The position numbers and the translations under genes were made by a program. A DNA stretch of 64,000 nt from Magallana gigas (taxonomy: Eukaryota): contig NC_088853.1 of the NCBI RefSeq assembly GCF_963853765.1, positions 39,308,001 to 39,372,000 of the forward strand. The letters run 5' to 3'. The notes below the pieces were generated by a model. It made no database searches. It saw only the letters and a program-made list of their open reading frames with translations, and had not been told where the DNA came from. Positions within the stretch are counted from its first letter, which is position 1. The number at the start of each line of letters is the position of its first letter. This document shows positions 13,560-26,896 of the stretch, in pieces.

Positions 13560-14170
13560 GACGACGTAGAAATTATATTCTAAATTGTAAAATTAAGCCA
13601 AAAAGCAACGTGAAAGTTTCGTGCTTTGATCACTTTTAGTTTCTGAGATCTCGTGGGTACAAAATGAGTTTTAAAAAAGCTACATGAGATAATTGAGATA
13701 TCTCAACGGAAGTAGAATTTTTTTGTTGATATAACATCGCATAGATAACCTCTGTATAGATTTATACTTATATATTTGTTATATGGAAAAAGAATTGAAT
13801 GCGTAAAAATGATTATTTTTCAAGTGCACCCGGTGACGACCGGAAGTTACGACAAACAAAACAAAATAGTTTAAACACATGTACAGCTATAGGTCTATCA
13901 TCCCACAAAGTTTGGATGTCCAAGTGCTTGCCGATTCTGAGATCTCGAGGAAACAAGGTTTTTTGACGCGGGACAGGAAACGGACGACCGGAAATAAATT
14001 TTGAAAAATGAAAAAGAAAACTCTAGATATTTTCATTCTCTATTATCCCTGAAAATTTCAGGGAAATCTATCAAGCCCTCTCTGAGAAAGTCTGCCGACA
14101 AAAAAGGGGGGGGGGGAGAAAAAAACATTACAATCACTATAAGGTCTTCCGTTGTAACGGAAGACCTTAA
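13560..14170 (+). mobile_element. HINE-like element, 3' part (5' boundary uncertain)
   Basis: Ends in a perfect 14-bp hairpin TAAGGTCTTCCGTT-GT-AACGGAAGACCTTA (14140-14169). Internal repeated modules TTCTGAGATCTCG and GACGACCGGAA. Confidence 0.65.
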
Positions 14171-16333
14171 ATATGTTCTAAAAAATAACTTTTTTTGCAT
14201 TGTGACATTATACCATTTATTTTATACATTCAAAGTTATGGCAGCTAATGAATCATAACTGAAAAAAATAAATGGATCACCATGCAATTTTGTACTTAAT
14301 AAGTAATAATTAAATACTATTTATAGTATAGGAGAACAATATCTCTGATGAACATGTACAAATTATATTTGATATAATCTTCCTTATCACGGAATCTGCT
14401 AAACTTTAATTGCCAATTACAGTAATGAGTAAGTCATCTAGATATTGTATTGTATCTTTCATGATGGTATCGTTGACAATAGCAGCATTTATTTAAAAAC
14501 AAAACCAGTGTAAAATTACCAAAAATATGAATTAGTATGATCGTTGATTTTCTTTAATCCATTTAACAAAACCTCTATCTCTTTAAGTCAATATTCTATG
14601 TTTTTTTAACAGTATCGAACGGTTCTTTATTTTTTATAACATAAAAGTATACATTTCAGATAAAAATTTGAGCAAGGAATAGACTGATATCAGGAAGAAA
14701 AGGTCGTTGAGGTCCTGGAAAATCACCTTTTTGTGTTATCAGTCAAAGCATATCAATGGTACTTTTTAACTTATGTGTCCTTATCGCCATGTTACTGATG
14801 GATACAATTCCTGTCGTGGTTTTTTTTCAGTTTCCGTGTTCCAACATGTATTTTATACTACTTCCTTATCATTTTTTTTTATCTTACAAAGCTTTTCATA
14901 TGGCATGCCCTTCCTGTACGATATATATTTAGATAATTACATTCAGTGTATATTTTCCCTCTATGTTTGCATTGGAAAACGTTGTCTATGAATACAATTT
15001 GCCAATTTATGCGCCATGAGCTCAGATACAAACGTCTTCACGTGTTTTGAGTATATTTATTTTTGTAAGGTTAAATGAAACTTTCAATATTACATAATCA
15101 CTTTGATATGTACTTTTGAAAAACAATTATTGATATAGATCTAGTCCTTAATAAAAACAATTTTTCTCCACAAAGTTTCTGGTACTATTTATTTGTCGCG
15201 GATGCTAACTAAATAACATGTTAATATGGCTGTTCCATGTATGTTTCATATCCCTACTCAGAGCACAAATAATGGCTTTATAGCGGCGATACACAATAGT
15301 TTACGCAAATAGTTGGGTGTATCATAGGACCGACGACATCCAAAAATAAGCATTCGATGCTTAAATGAATTATGTTAAAATAAAAAGAAAACACAAGCAA
15401 ACAAAAACACATGACACTGCCAGTGATATTAACATTAGCAGTTCTTTATAAATGAAGTTGAATCTGTTATCAAGAGTTAGTAATTTAAATGGCTTTGTAA
15501 TTGAAGTATATCAAAGACAGAATCATTAGTGCAAACTGATCATATTTTACGATGAAACGTATGTTTTGTAGGCATTTTTAAATATTTTATTTTCAATATA
15601 TACTAACCTCAGTTTGTTTGGGTTTTTTTTACATAAAAAGTATAATTTTTAAAAATGAAAGCAATTCAAGAAGGTAACACAAGCTGTTTTAATAGGAAAA
15701 ATTAATAGTTTGTATTGTCTTTGCATATATGTTGTTAAGAAATCGCTCAAATACTTTGACGAGAAGTGCATACATTTGAGTTCAATACTTTCGTGGCTGC
15801 GTATTGACTTGAGGGAAGTTTGTCAGAGCAGGGCTTGATTTCTTTAAAGTTGAAATTGTACGAGTGATATCTTTTGAAAATAGATAAATACAATGTATTA
15901 TTAAAAGTAAGCACATATTTAATTAATATAAATGCAGGTAAGTAGACGATTTCGCTATGTCAATAAAAATTATATTAAATATACTTCTTTTCAAATTAGT
16001 TTCAGTTTCCTCAAATTATTTTTCATGTTTCCTCTTGTATTTGAGGAGATAAAAAGTTGGTTCTGAAATAACACAGTTATAACATTGATTTATGTTATTT
16101 ATTTTGTTCATTCGACAAGTATCATTTACTTTGAATATATTTTATTTTAGAGGGGGGGGGCTATTTTTTTTGGGGTGGGGGGGGCAAACCTTAAAAAAAA
16201 AAAATCTGTTAGTTTTTTTTACGAAATACATGTACAAGTAGCTTCCCCATCACATGATCGGTTAAGCCGTCAACATCTCTATATAAAACGATTCCGGTAC
16301 GGTTTGACTAAATAAGATTGTAAATTTCATGCA

Positions 16334-19300
16334 ATGTTTATTCCATACGGACAATCGATTTGGCATATCAATGTCTTCATTTTGTGGTTTTGCCTCTTGG
16401 GTGCATCTCAATCTTATGGTAGGTAATTTGCTATATAAATTTATATCCTCTATAATGTACATGAATCGTGTCAAAATGATAGTCATTGTATTCTATTCTT
16501 AAGAAAATTTATTTTTGTCATTTAGCTTCATTTCCAAGTTCCAATAAAACACAGCATGCTACAATGACAGTATTTAAAATTCTATAAAAATCATATTATC
16601 AAGATATATCTGATATCAATAAACTAGAAAATTATTTGCATGATTTTGACTCCATATTATTCAGAGGTGATGTAATTTTTTTTTTTGGGGGGGGGGGGAG
16701 GAATTGCTGTTACCCGCTTTTAAAAGAGTATATTATTTCATAACAGAGCACGGTAAAGCCTAACGCTAAGACGTTTCCAGTACACTATGTTTGTTATGAT
16801 ACCTTTTATTTTTTTTTCAATTTTTAGTCCCAATATTAACTCTGATTTTCTAAAACAACTTTAGATTTGCTCACAATTGTTGGAGAATTATGTTTGTTCG
16901 TTGATGCTTTAATTCTTTCACTGTTCATCTATTCAATAACAGTACAGAAAAACATTGAATGTCAGATCATGTTACTAGAACTTTCAACCAAATATTGACT
17001 GATTAGTGGGTTTTTTTTTTGGGGGGGGGGGGGGAGGGGCAGTTTGATGCAAAGATAAATGATGTATCATACCAAAAATCTAGCATATTAAAATACAATT
17101 GCGCAAATGCAATTTAGATTTTTGGCATTATCTTGCGTTTAACAGTTTGTATCGGGTTTTCCCGATTTTAATTTATCCTGTCATTACAAACCGTTTCTCC
17201 ATGACTTCCGGCGACGGCATCTTTTTGGACAATTTCGAAAAGATCCATATTTGTTTCTAGCCTATGCCATCATACTAAAACATTGTATCCTTATTAATTT
17301 TGCACATAGATTGTCTTACAATTTGCAATTTGAGGTTTGATTATCAACTGGTTTCAGATCCAATTTACATAACAATATGAGCATTAATAATGTAATTATC
17401 TAATTAAAACCTTCGGACCTTTTAACGGAATGATTGTTTTCAATCACATGTTCGAGCTTATAGTGGTAAATTTGAACCATATTTTTTATTTCAATTTGTT
17501 AACAGCTATCTATATTATGAACTGAAGAAATGTCGTTAATTTTTATTGCATTGTCCTTATCTCTTTTTCGCGTGCCCTGTAATCTTTAAATGAAATGAAA
17601 AATTGTAGATGCATTATTCCATGAATTTGCGTCCATTTAAATACGAATCATATGACACAGCATACTCAGTGTTTACTTTTATCACTTAATGAACTTAATC
17701 ATAACTTGTGAGATTCAACTTGCAGAAAATGTTGCTTTACACAAACGTGCATTCCAACTGAATCCGTATGACGGAACAAATAAAACCTTCGACGCAAGTA
17801 ATGCAGTAGATGGACTCAAGTCTAACTTACATTGGAATGGAGGTCAATGTGCTGTATCAGCTCTTGGAAAAGAAATCGCTGCCTGGTGGGTAAACCTCGG
17901 CAGTCTCCACATCATCCACCACATCACTGTGTATTTCAGGACAAATAATGGCATTTGGGGTAAAGTATACGAACTTTAAAAATATTAGTATCATAATGCC
18001 TGCATAAACCTTTAGAAAACACACGTAAACAGTTGATAAACCTTCTTTAAGTTACAGATTTTCTTATGCTTATGTTTATATATCAACAATAAACATTATA
18101 ATATAATAGTCCTTTGCTTCATACTAATAAAAACTGCCATAGGTGTCAGAATGGATTTTAAATGATAGAGGGAATGTACAAACTCGGCGGTTGTGTCAAA
18201 CCTGCGTATTTATGATGTTACATGTTATTGCTATGAAATAAAAAAGCACAGTGTTAGAGATAAGTGATAATTAGGAGGAACAATTGAACGTGGTAATCAG
18301 TCCATAATGACGAAAATGTAAAGTAAAATCAAGTATATATTAAAAAATTCATCCTTGTAGGGAGTTTGAAATGAATAATTACTTTGGTACTGCTTATCTT
18401 ATCAATTTTTGTAATGGACTGTATCATTTTCAGATAACAGAAACAACGCAACAGCTTCTGTTCTAGGATTTTCACTGTATGTTTCCAACACTTCAGATAG
18501 ATTACAAGGAAAATTGTGTTTCAAGGATGATCACTTTAACAGAAGCACTATACCTGCTGTTTTTAGCACGATGTGTTATGTTTTGGGACAATATGTCATC
18601 TATTACAACGAGAGACTGAAAGGGGTTTCCTATCCTAGCGATTATAATTCAGATGCTGAAAATGATTTATGTGAAGTCGAGGTGTATGGTAAGAAATGCT
18701 AACTGTTGTAACGCAAGTCCTTATAAAAAAAACTAAAGTGTTTTTCCTCGTTTTTATTTTCAATTCTCAGTACATGACTAGCAGTGATTTAATAAATATA
18801 CCATTTTGTCATTTATCGATATATGAGTATAATGATTATGTATTATTTTCATATTTGAGATCAAATATAGTTGAAAGAAAAAAAATAAGCTTTTGCGTAA
18901 GCAGAAAAACTAATTGCTTCTTTATTAATCAAAGCATTTGATATTAAATATTCTGGGTATATACTTATTAAAAGAAGGATTTCAGAGATGTTCTTAAGCA
19001 TCTAAGCATTTAAAACTGATCAAAAGTGTACACTTTTCCTCCAACGAATGTAAAAAAAAAAAGACAATTAGATTAGTACAATAATTCTGAATTATACTAT
19101 ACATTAGAAAAGCGTTGGGTTCTTAAAAACATGAAGAATTGTGATTGGTGATCTAATGTAAAAATAATACTGTCTATCTATTTTTAATTTTTCTTCAATT
19201 AACGCCTTTGTAAAACTATTAATTTTATTTCATACTGTATACATTTTTTTAAAGTTTAAATCACCGCATACAAACCCATGTTAAATGTTGTTTTTCGTTC

Positions 19301-20234
19301 GTTAGAAAACGATTTCTAAGTCGAAAGTACATATTCACATAATACGATTATTATGCAAATATACGGCGGCGTGGAAGGGCCAGATGAACAAATAAAAAGT
19401 TCTTATTTGTTCGGACAAATAAGTTATCTGTTCGGACGAATTACGATTTGTTCGGACGAATAAGTTATTTGTTCGGACGAATTACGATTTGTTCGGACGA
19501 ATTAGGATTTGTTCGGACGAATAAGTTATTTGTTCGGACGAATTAGGATTTGTTCGGACGAATTACATATTTGTTCGGATAAAATAAGTTATTTGTTCGG
19601 ACGAATAAGTTATTTGTTCGGACGAATTAGGATTTGTTCGGACGAATTAGGATTTGTTCGGACGAATTACGATTTGTTCGGACGAATAAGTTATTTGTTC
19701 GGACGAATTAGGATTTGTTCGGACGAATTACATATTTGTTCGGACAAATAAGTTATTTGTTCGGACAAATAAGTTATTTGTTCGGACGAATTAGGATTTG
19801 TTCGGACGAATTACGATTTGTTCGGACGAATTACGATTTGTTCGGACGAATAAGTTATTTGTTCGGACGAATTACGATTTGTTCGGACGAATTACATATT
19901 TGTTCGGAAAAATAAGTTATTTGTTCGGACAAATAAGTTATTTGTTCGGACGAATTACGTTTTGTTATTTGTTCGGACGAATTAGGATTTGTTCGGACGA
20001 ATTACGATTGTTCGGACGAATTAGGATTTGTTCGGACGAATAAGTTATTTGTTCGGACGAATTAGGATTTGTTCGGACGAATTAGATATTTGTTCGGACG
20101 AATTAGGATTTGTTCGGACGAATTAGATGTTAGTTCGGACAAATAACTTATTTGTTCGGACAAATAACTTATTTGTTCGGACGAATTAGGATTTGTTCGG
20201 ACGAATAAGTTATTAATAGTGGTACATGTACATG

Positions 20235-20281
<47 letters not shown>

Positions 20282-22095
20282 TCATAATCATGGATACATA
20301 AATGTGAAAAGTATATTCAGTTTACATGATCATGCGCAGATCCAGAAAAATTTACCGGGTTGGTGGTGGTGGGGGGGGGGTCTGATAGATAGTTTTGTTT
20401 GTGGGGTGGGGGTGCAAGGCCCCCCTACCACCCCGGCTCTAGATCCGCGTATAGATGTATGCCAACTGTAGCCAGCGCAGGTTTTTTCTTTGCTAACTAT
20501 AAGTTTTATTTCGCGCAATGCCAGAAGAAATGATTCCAATAGTCATAATTATATGATTCCGCAGGTGGATTTCGATTGTCGATGTTTATATTGAAATATA
20601 GTCATTCTCCTGTTTACTTGGGACACTGGACATACGAAATTATCTTTCGCCTTAACTTTATACATATACATGTATACGATCAAAGTTAACTGATATGCTT
20701 CGTGGAATTGTAATAATCGCACAATTACTTAAGTGACTTATAAAACAAACCAGTTTTTACTTATACTTTATAATATAAAGACTACATGTATATTTAGACT
20801 ACATGTATCTGCCCTGGTAATGATGTAGATGAAAGGGGGGGGGGGTCAAGCCACCCCTTTCCTTCAAATGATAAATTGCTAATAATATAGACATAGGTGT
20901 TACATGTAAACTATCTGACATGTATGCAATATCTGACATATTGTGCTGTCAAGCTCAATTTTCAAACTCTATCTATCTAAAAAAATTGGAGTTATATTAT
21001 CATGGTGCCATGGGTTTCCGATAGTCTAAAACTAATGTTAACCTTAATGGTTGTCTCATTAGTCAACTTTGAATCTATTTCATTTTTAAAATCAGACATA
21101 GCATCAAAAATCGTCGATACAAAATCAAAGTTAGTCGTCATCATATACAGTTTTTATCTATAAATAACCTGGATGCCTCATTCGACCGATGAAAATAGGC
21201 GTCAGATGTTTACGATAGTATGATTCATAAATAATATTTTTCAATGATAGTTAAGAAAAATGAGATACAACCTTTTGAAAATATTGTATAAAATTGTCAA
21301 TTGTTTTGTAAGCTTTTATTTCACCTTAAATCGTCCAATTATTTTAATTTTCCCCATAACTTGATTCAATCAGTTATGATTATTCAATCAGTTATGATTA
21401 TTGATAATGTTTTTATTTGCGCTCCTAAGATTCCAAACATAGGAAAACTTTACAAAGCCACATGATAATTTTAACATGCAAATACGTCATCAGAGGTCTA
21501 TTTGACGGACAATAAGTATTTTTATCATTAAATTCTATTTTTATTACTTTTTTGCATTATAGTTAGGATGTTGGGTTATTTTGCTGACTTTATATTATAA
21601 AGTATAAGTAAAAATTAGTTTGTTTTATAAGTCACTTAAGTAACTGTGCGATTATTACAATTCCACGAAGTATATCAGTTAACTTTGATCGTATACATGT
21701 ATATGTATAAAGTTAAGGCGAAAGATAATTTCGTATGTCCAGTGTCCCAAGTAAACAGGAGAATGACTATATTTTCAATATAAACACCGACAATCGAAAT
21801 CCACCTGCGGAATCATATAATTATGACTATTGGAATCATTTCTTCTGGCATTGCGCGAAATAACACTAAGTCTTATAGTTAGCTAAGAAAAACCTGCGCT
21901 GCCTAGAGTTGGCATACATCTATACGCGGATCTAGAGCCGGGGTGGTCGGGGGGCCTTGCACCCCCACCCCGCAAACAAAACTATCTATCAGACCTCCCC
22001 CCCCCCACCACTACCAACCCGGTAAATTTTTCTGGATCCGCGCATGATCATGTAAACTGAATATACTTTTCACATTTATGTATCCATGATTATGA

Positions 22096-22146
<51 letters not shown>

Positions 22147-24182
22147 CATGTACCACTATTAATAACTTATTCGTCCGAACAAATCCTAATTCGTCCGAAC
22201 AAATCCTAATTCGTCCGAACAAATCCTAATTCGTCCGAACAAATAAGTTATTTGTCCGAACAAATAGCTAATTCGTCCGAACAAATCCTAATTCGTCCGA
22301 ACAAATAACTTATTTGTCCGAACAAATCATAATTTGTCCGAACAAATAACTTATTTGTCCGAACAAATCCTAATTCGTCCGAACAAATCCTAGTTCGTCC
22401 GAACAAATCCTAGTACGTCCGAACAAATAACTTATTTGTCCGAACAAATAACTTATTTGGCCGAACAAATAGCTAATTCGTCCGAACAAATCGTAATTCG
22501 TCCGAACAAATAATTTATTTGTCCGAACGAATCCTAATTCGTCCGAACAAATCCTAATTCGTCCGAACAAATAACTTATTCGTCCGAACAAATAGCTAAT
22601 TCGTCCGAACGAATAAGATTATTATTTTTTCTCATCTGGCCCTTCCACGCCGCCGTACAAATATAAAAAATAAATCAACAAAAAAAAAATGCGGGTAAAG
22701 TTATGATCAATAATTTTAAAAGTATCTGTAATAAAAATCTGTAGAGGTATGTTGTAGGCTGTCCTTTACAAATAACGCATTGCGATGTCTTGGACAAAGT
22801 TGATTGTGTCTGTTTGGCCTGTAAACTTGGTTACCATGGTGATCAGTGTGAACGAGGTATATTCTTATATGCATTCATATTTTCTTAATGCCATTCATAT
22901 TTAAATACATGCATGTTGTATTACTACAAACTATCATTCCAAGACAACTTAAGCAGTTTAACAGATCTATTTACTAGTTATAAATTCAGGTATTCTTGCT
23001 CAACGCATGCGATACACTACTTAAAAAAACGACATTAGCTATCGCATATTTCAAAATACATGATTTATCTGTACATGAAAGGTAATTTGTCGTCTGGCTC
23101 ATATAGCTAGTTCGATTGATCTAGAAATATAAACCATTTTTAAAAAGTTACGTTGCTTACAGAATGGGTTTGATGATAAGTAAAAATAAGCAATGTTCGA
23201 TCTTTATGCTATAAAATTGTATATTAAGTATTGATTATTATTATCCAAAATGAATGATGCACTTTAGATGATCAAAATGTTGAATGGTTAGTTAAATATG
23301 TTATACATTAATGTTTATGCTATTGCATTGCTATCTTAAATAATCTCAATACTCACCCAAATTGATCCTAATACATTGCATACATTTATATATTTTTTTT
23401 CTTCATGAAGTTAAAATATCACAGGATAAACCTTTGCCATTTAGTGAACTGAATGTTAACTGATTGGTCTGGAAAGGTGACTGAATGGCATAGCTATGGC
23501 ATTCAATTACCTTGCAGTTACCGATCACTCACATTTCAGTTCACTGAATGGCAGAGATTCATCATGTGTATATCTTCTCAAATAAGTTTGATTTTGTATA
23601 TATTTGTCTACATTCATGCAACCTAACTTTGATTTAAAAGAAACAAAACAAATGAATGCAAATTGAAAAAAAAATCAAACCAGCTTTACTTTTTAAGTTT
23701 GTGAGATTTTGGTATAATTGTAGGGTATTTAATTGATGTAAGATTTAACATTTTATTTTAAATTGACATTTTATTCAAAATTTGTTATATCATCCTCAAC
23801 TGATGTCGAAGTTAAAAGCCAGACTCCTGTACTGCAAGGTCTGATCGGTGGCCTCAGTGTCTCGATTTTAATCATCGTTGTACTTATTCTCTATACTGTA
23901 CAAACAAGGTGAAATATGATATCAATAACTGCGAATTTTTTTTCATTTGAATATTTACAATTTGTCAATTTGACATCAATTATAAACGAAATATATTTTT
24001 TACAAACGTTTAGAATTTCAATGAGAAGGAACCCTCCATTATTGAATGCAATAGAATTAAGGAATGACGCCAACTCATGTGTTACTGGAAGCAATTATAC
24101 TGTGAATAGTTACACTGAGTTCGGATGGTCCAGTAACACTGACCCATATTATACGATCCAGGAGATGACAGGTGTAGTTTAG
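16334..24182 (+). CDS. Receptor copy A: signal peptide / F-type-lectin-like domain / EGF / TM / cytoplasmic tail
   Basis: Exons 16334-16418 (MFIPYGQSIWHINVFILWFCLLGASQSY), 17726-17959 (ENVALHKRAFQ...NAVDG...WWVNLG), 18434-18688 (...LGFSLYVSN...CEVEVY), 22758-22856 (EGF-like), 23791-23908 (TM; its acceptor is TAT instead of TAG) and 24014-24182. All frames are compatible. Confidence 0.8.
19403..20222 (+). repeat. 20/21-bp satellite array in the left arm of the foldback element
   Basis: Interspersed variants TTTGTTCGGACGAATTAGGA, TTTGTTCGGACGAATAAGTTA, TTTGTTCGGACGAATTACGA and ...TTACATA. Confidence 0.95.
20237..20278. repeat. (GA)n microsatellite, mirrored as (TC)n at about 22098-22143
   Basis: Direct inspection; lies within both foldback arms. 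Confidence 0.95.
20331..20452. mobile_element. Small MITE-like insert within the foldback arm, mirrored at about 21922-22046
   Basis: Short inverted ends CATGCGC(A/G)GATCCAG ... CTAGATCCGCGTAT around a G-run-rich core. Confidence 0.55.
22162..22618 (-). repeat. 20/21-bp satellite array in the right arm (inverted, shorter)
   Basis: Units TTCGTCCGAACAAATCCTAA and TTTGTCCGAACAAATAACTTA are reverse complements of the left-arm units. Confidence 0.95.
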
Positions 24183-26374
24183 AACTTATTCTTTAACACA
24201 ATCGAAAGTTTTTCAAGTCATTTGCCCTAAGAAAAATTAAAAATGGAAGGAAACTGAAGAATTATGATAATTTCAGCAAATATACCAAAAAAAATCATGT
24301 ATTTTTTAAATTGATTTGGAGGTTTTTGATTAATCAATCAAATATAAATGATATTTTTAGATTATATTTTACACAACTTTCTTGCAACGGATATTAACTG
24401 ATATTTGTGATTTAGTTAAAAAAAAAATACTGATCAATTAGAATTATAATTGATGATTTGTTCATGTTAATAATGTATATAACTGTTTTGTATCTTGAAA
24501 ATAACGAATAATATCATAGTACTAAAACTGTACTATTTTTTTATTACAGTAATCAATTATTAATGTATGTCAAAAAAAAGTGTTTGAATATTTGCTTTCA
24601 TAAAAAAGGATAATAACGATAGATGTGTATGAGTTCTGAAATATAATAAAGTCGTTTTTTTTTTCTTATGCTGCATTGTTATTTACTATTCATTGAGATT
24701 ATTATATATCAACTGAATATAATGATGTGTGCGTTCCATATCTAAATTGTTAGTTTAATTCCATATTTTAGCCAACTTTTTTAACAATTTGTTAAATAAA
24801 TGAAAATCAAAAAAAATAAAAATGGAACCATATCTGACAAAATATTGAATATTTAAGACATTCTGCTCTATTCTCTACTTATCAGACGAAAAACAAACTA
24901 TTCTCAATATCTTTACTTTGAACTTGGGTGTTGATTTTACGTCCTTCTTTCTTTGTTCTGTTTTTATTTTATCTTATTTCTTTTTTTTTAATTTTCTTTT
25001 TTTGTTGCTATTCAGAAATATTACATTTTTTATAGGTTTATATGACTAGGTACATGCACATGCGCCTGAAAAGGATAATGTTCACTAAGCCCAAAAGTCG
25101 AACAAATATTGTACTTCGAGGGTAGCTACATTAATGCATCGTACCGATCGATGAAAATTGCAAAAAATGATTTCATTTTTGATTCAATGAGAAACTGTTA
25201 TTATCATTTACAACTGAATGTTATCTTGCGAGGAAAATTTTAAGGTGTCAATACATGACCAAGGTGAATTAAAATCCCAAATTCTCCTTTGATTTTTTTC
25301 CGCCTTGGACGGAGACTGATTTTTGACGAATAAAACTGGTAAGATATCTGCTGTTCTGCTATTGTAATAAATTGGTGTGTTTTGAAATATCGATGCGTTT
25401 TGTTGCCAGAGTAGCGTGAAAACACATGAGCTTGTTTTCAATCACATGTGTAACTTCGACATAAACATACACTTTTGCCCTTTTTTGTGGGGGGAGGGGG
25501 GGTTAAAGTGCATACTAAGTGTTGTTCTAAGAAATGCTCACGGGAAGTTTTACAAAAGCTCGTTTATTACCTGTATCTAAGGTTGCATTTCTATTTTTGT
25601 TAGATATATTTAGAGAAACTCAATGATGTTAGTAGTGAAACCTGTATTAAATATAGGGTTGAAGTCAAAATCAAACACACAGACAAAACGCATAATTTCT
25701 TTAGATAATAGAAATGAAAATAACCTTTTGTTTTGGAAAATCTATGTTGGTCAACTTTAGAGAAAATCTAATGGTATATTTACCTCGTAAGTCAAGTGGA
25801 GGCGGATATAAGTTTTTTATCGTTTCAATTAATTTTATCATCATAATATCAGCCAATTAGAGGACTAGGAATTAATCAATCATTATAAGACGTGTGCTGA
25901 TAATGAACAGTGTTCCAAATCGAAAGGACAAATACAAAACACAAACAGAGCAAGCACGGACACCTAAAATAACTATAGGTAGGGTCAGTTGCCATGGAGG
26001 AGTTAGAATCCTCTGCTTACTGGCCATACCTGCAATGATTATTAGCAAATATTAAAAAAATGTCTAAAGACACAGATTGATATTAGATACAACTTTTACC
26101 TTATTAATTACTTACATCATATAATTAATGTGTTATCTGCTGCTAATGTCGTTACATACCATAGCACACAAAATAATAAAAGTGATGTTATATATATACA
26201 TATAACATGCCTGTATAGTACGATTTTATCAAAATGCGTGTGCATCCAATTGATCAGGATCGAAATTGAATGACTATGAAAGTTTAAAGAACAAATGGAG
26301 GTCGGTTTGTGACCAATGATTCTTTGAATATATCACCTTATTATAAATATTATTCTCCATTCATTTACAGGTAT

Positions 26375-26777
26375 TGTAGCGTTTCTATTTTCTCAACGTT
26401 TCTCCTTTTTAAAGAATAAGTCTGCGTGGTTCTCACAATTTTAATAAAAGGTAATAATCCAAGAAACATATGTATAAATTCATTCAAAACTTGTGCAATT
26501 CTAACCTACTACTCTGCTAGATAAAACCACCCGCACTGAACTTAAGCCAATCTCCCTTTATATATAACGTCTCTAGAATAACTCCTCAATCACGTGCATA
26601 ATTCACTCCTAATAATAAAATCAACTCCTCTCTTTAAAATAACTCCTCACTATGTTTCATAACAAATACAATTTAGGTCAGAGATGAGGAGTTAATATCA
26701 ATTAGTAAACAAAGTTCATACGTTAAAGAAAGAAATAAACTAGATAAAATTAAAATGAATAATATAACTTTGCTTCA
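26375..26777 (-). repeat. 3' LTR
   Basis: Matches 33437-33839; I found one substitution (26703 T vs 33765 C). Adjacent PPT GGGGGGAG on the minus strand at about 26778-26785. Confidence 0.95.
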
Positions 26778-26896
26778 CTCCCCCCTGCACAAGTTTTGAC
26801 TCCGACAAAACAATAATAAACATTGATAAACAAAACAAAACAAAATATTATACAATTACTAAAAATAGTCTGATATATATACATATATACAAAATG

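Larger units (their letters stand above)
19362..22657. mobile_element. Foldback-type DNA element with very long modular inverted arms and 6-bp TSD
   Basis: Termini TACGGCGGCGTGGAAGGGCCAGATGA (19362-19387) and its reverse complement (22632-22657). TSD CAAATA at 19356-19361 and 22658-22663. Arms 19362-20780 and 21588-22657; spacer about 0.8 kb. Absent from the same intron of copy B. Confidence 0.9.

Noticed and set aside
19403-22618. Regular ~20-bp repeats resembling a CRISPR array, and the MFGRISYLFGR ORFs
   Set aside because: There are no unique spacers or cas genes and the context is eukaryotic. The ORFs are translations of the satellite.
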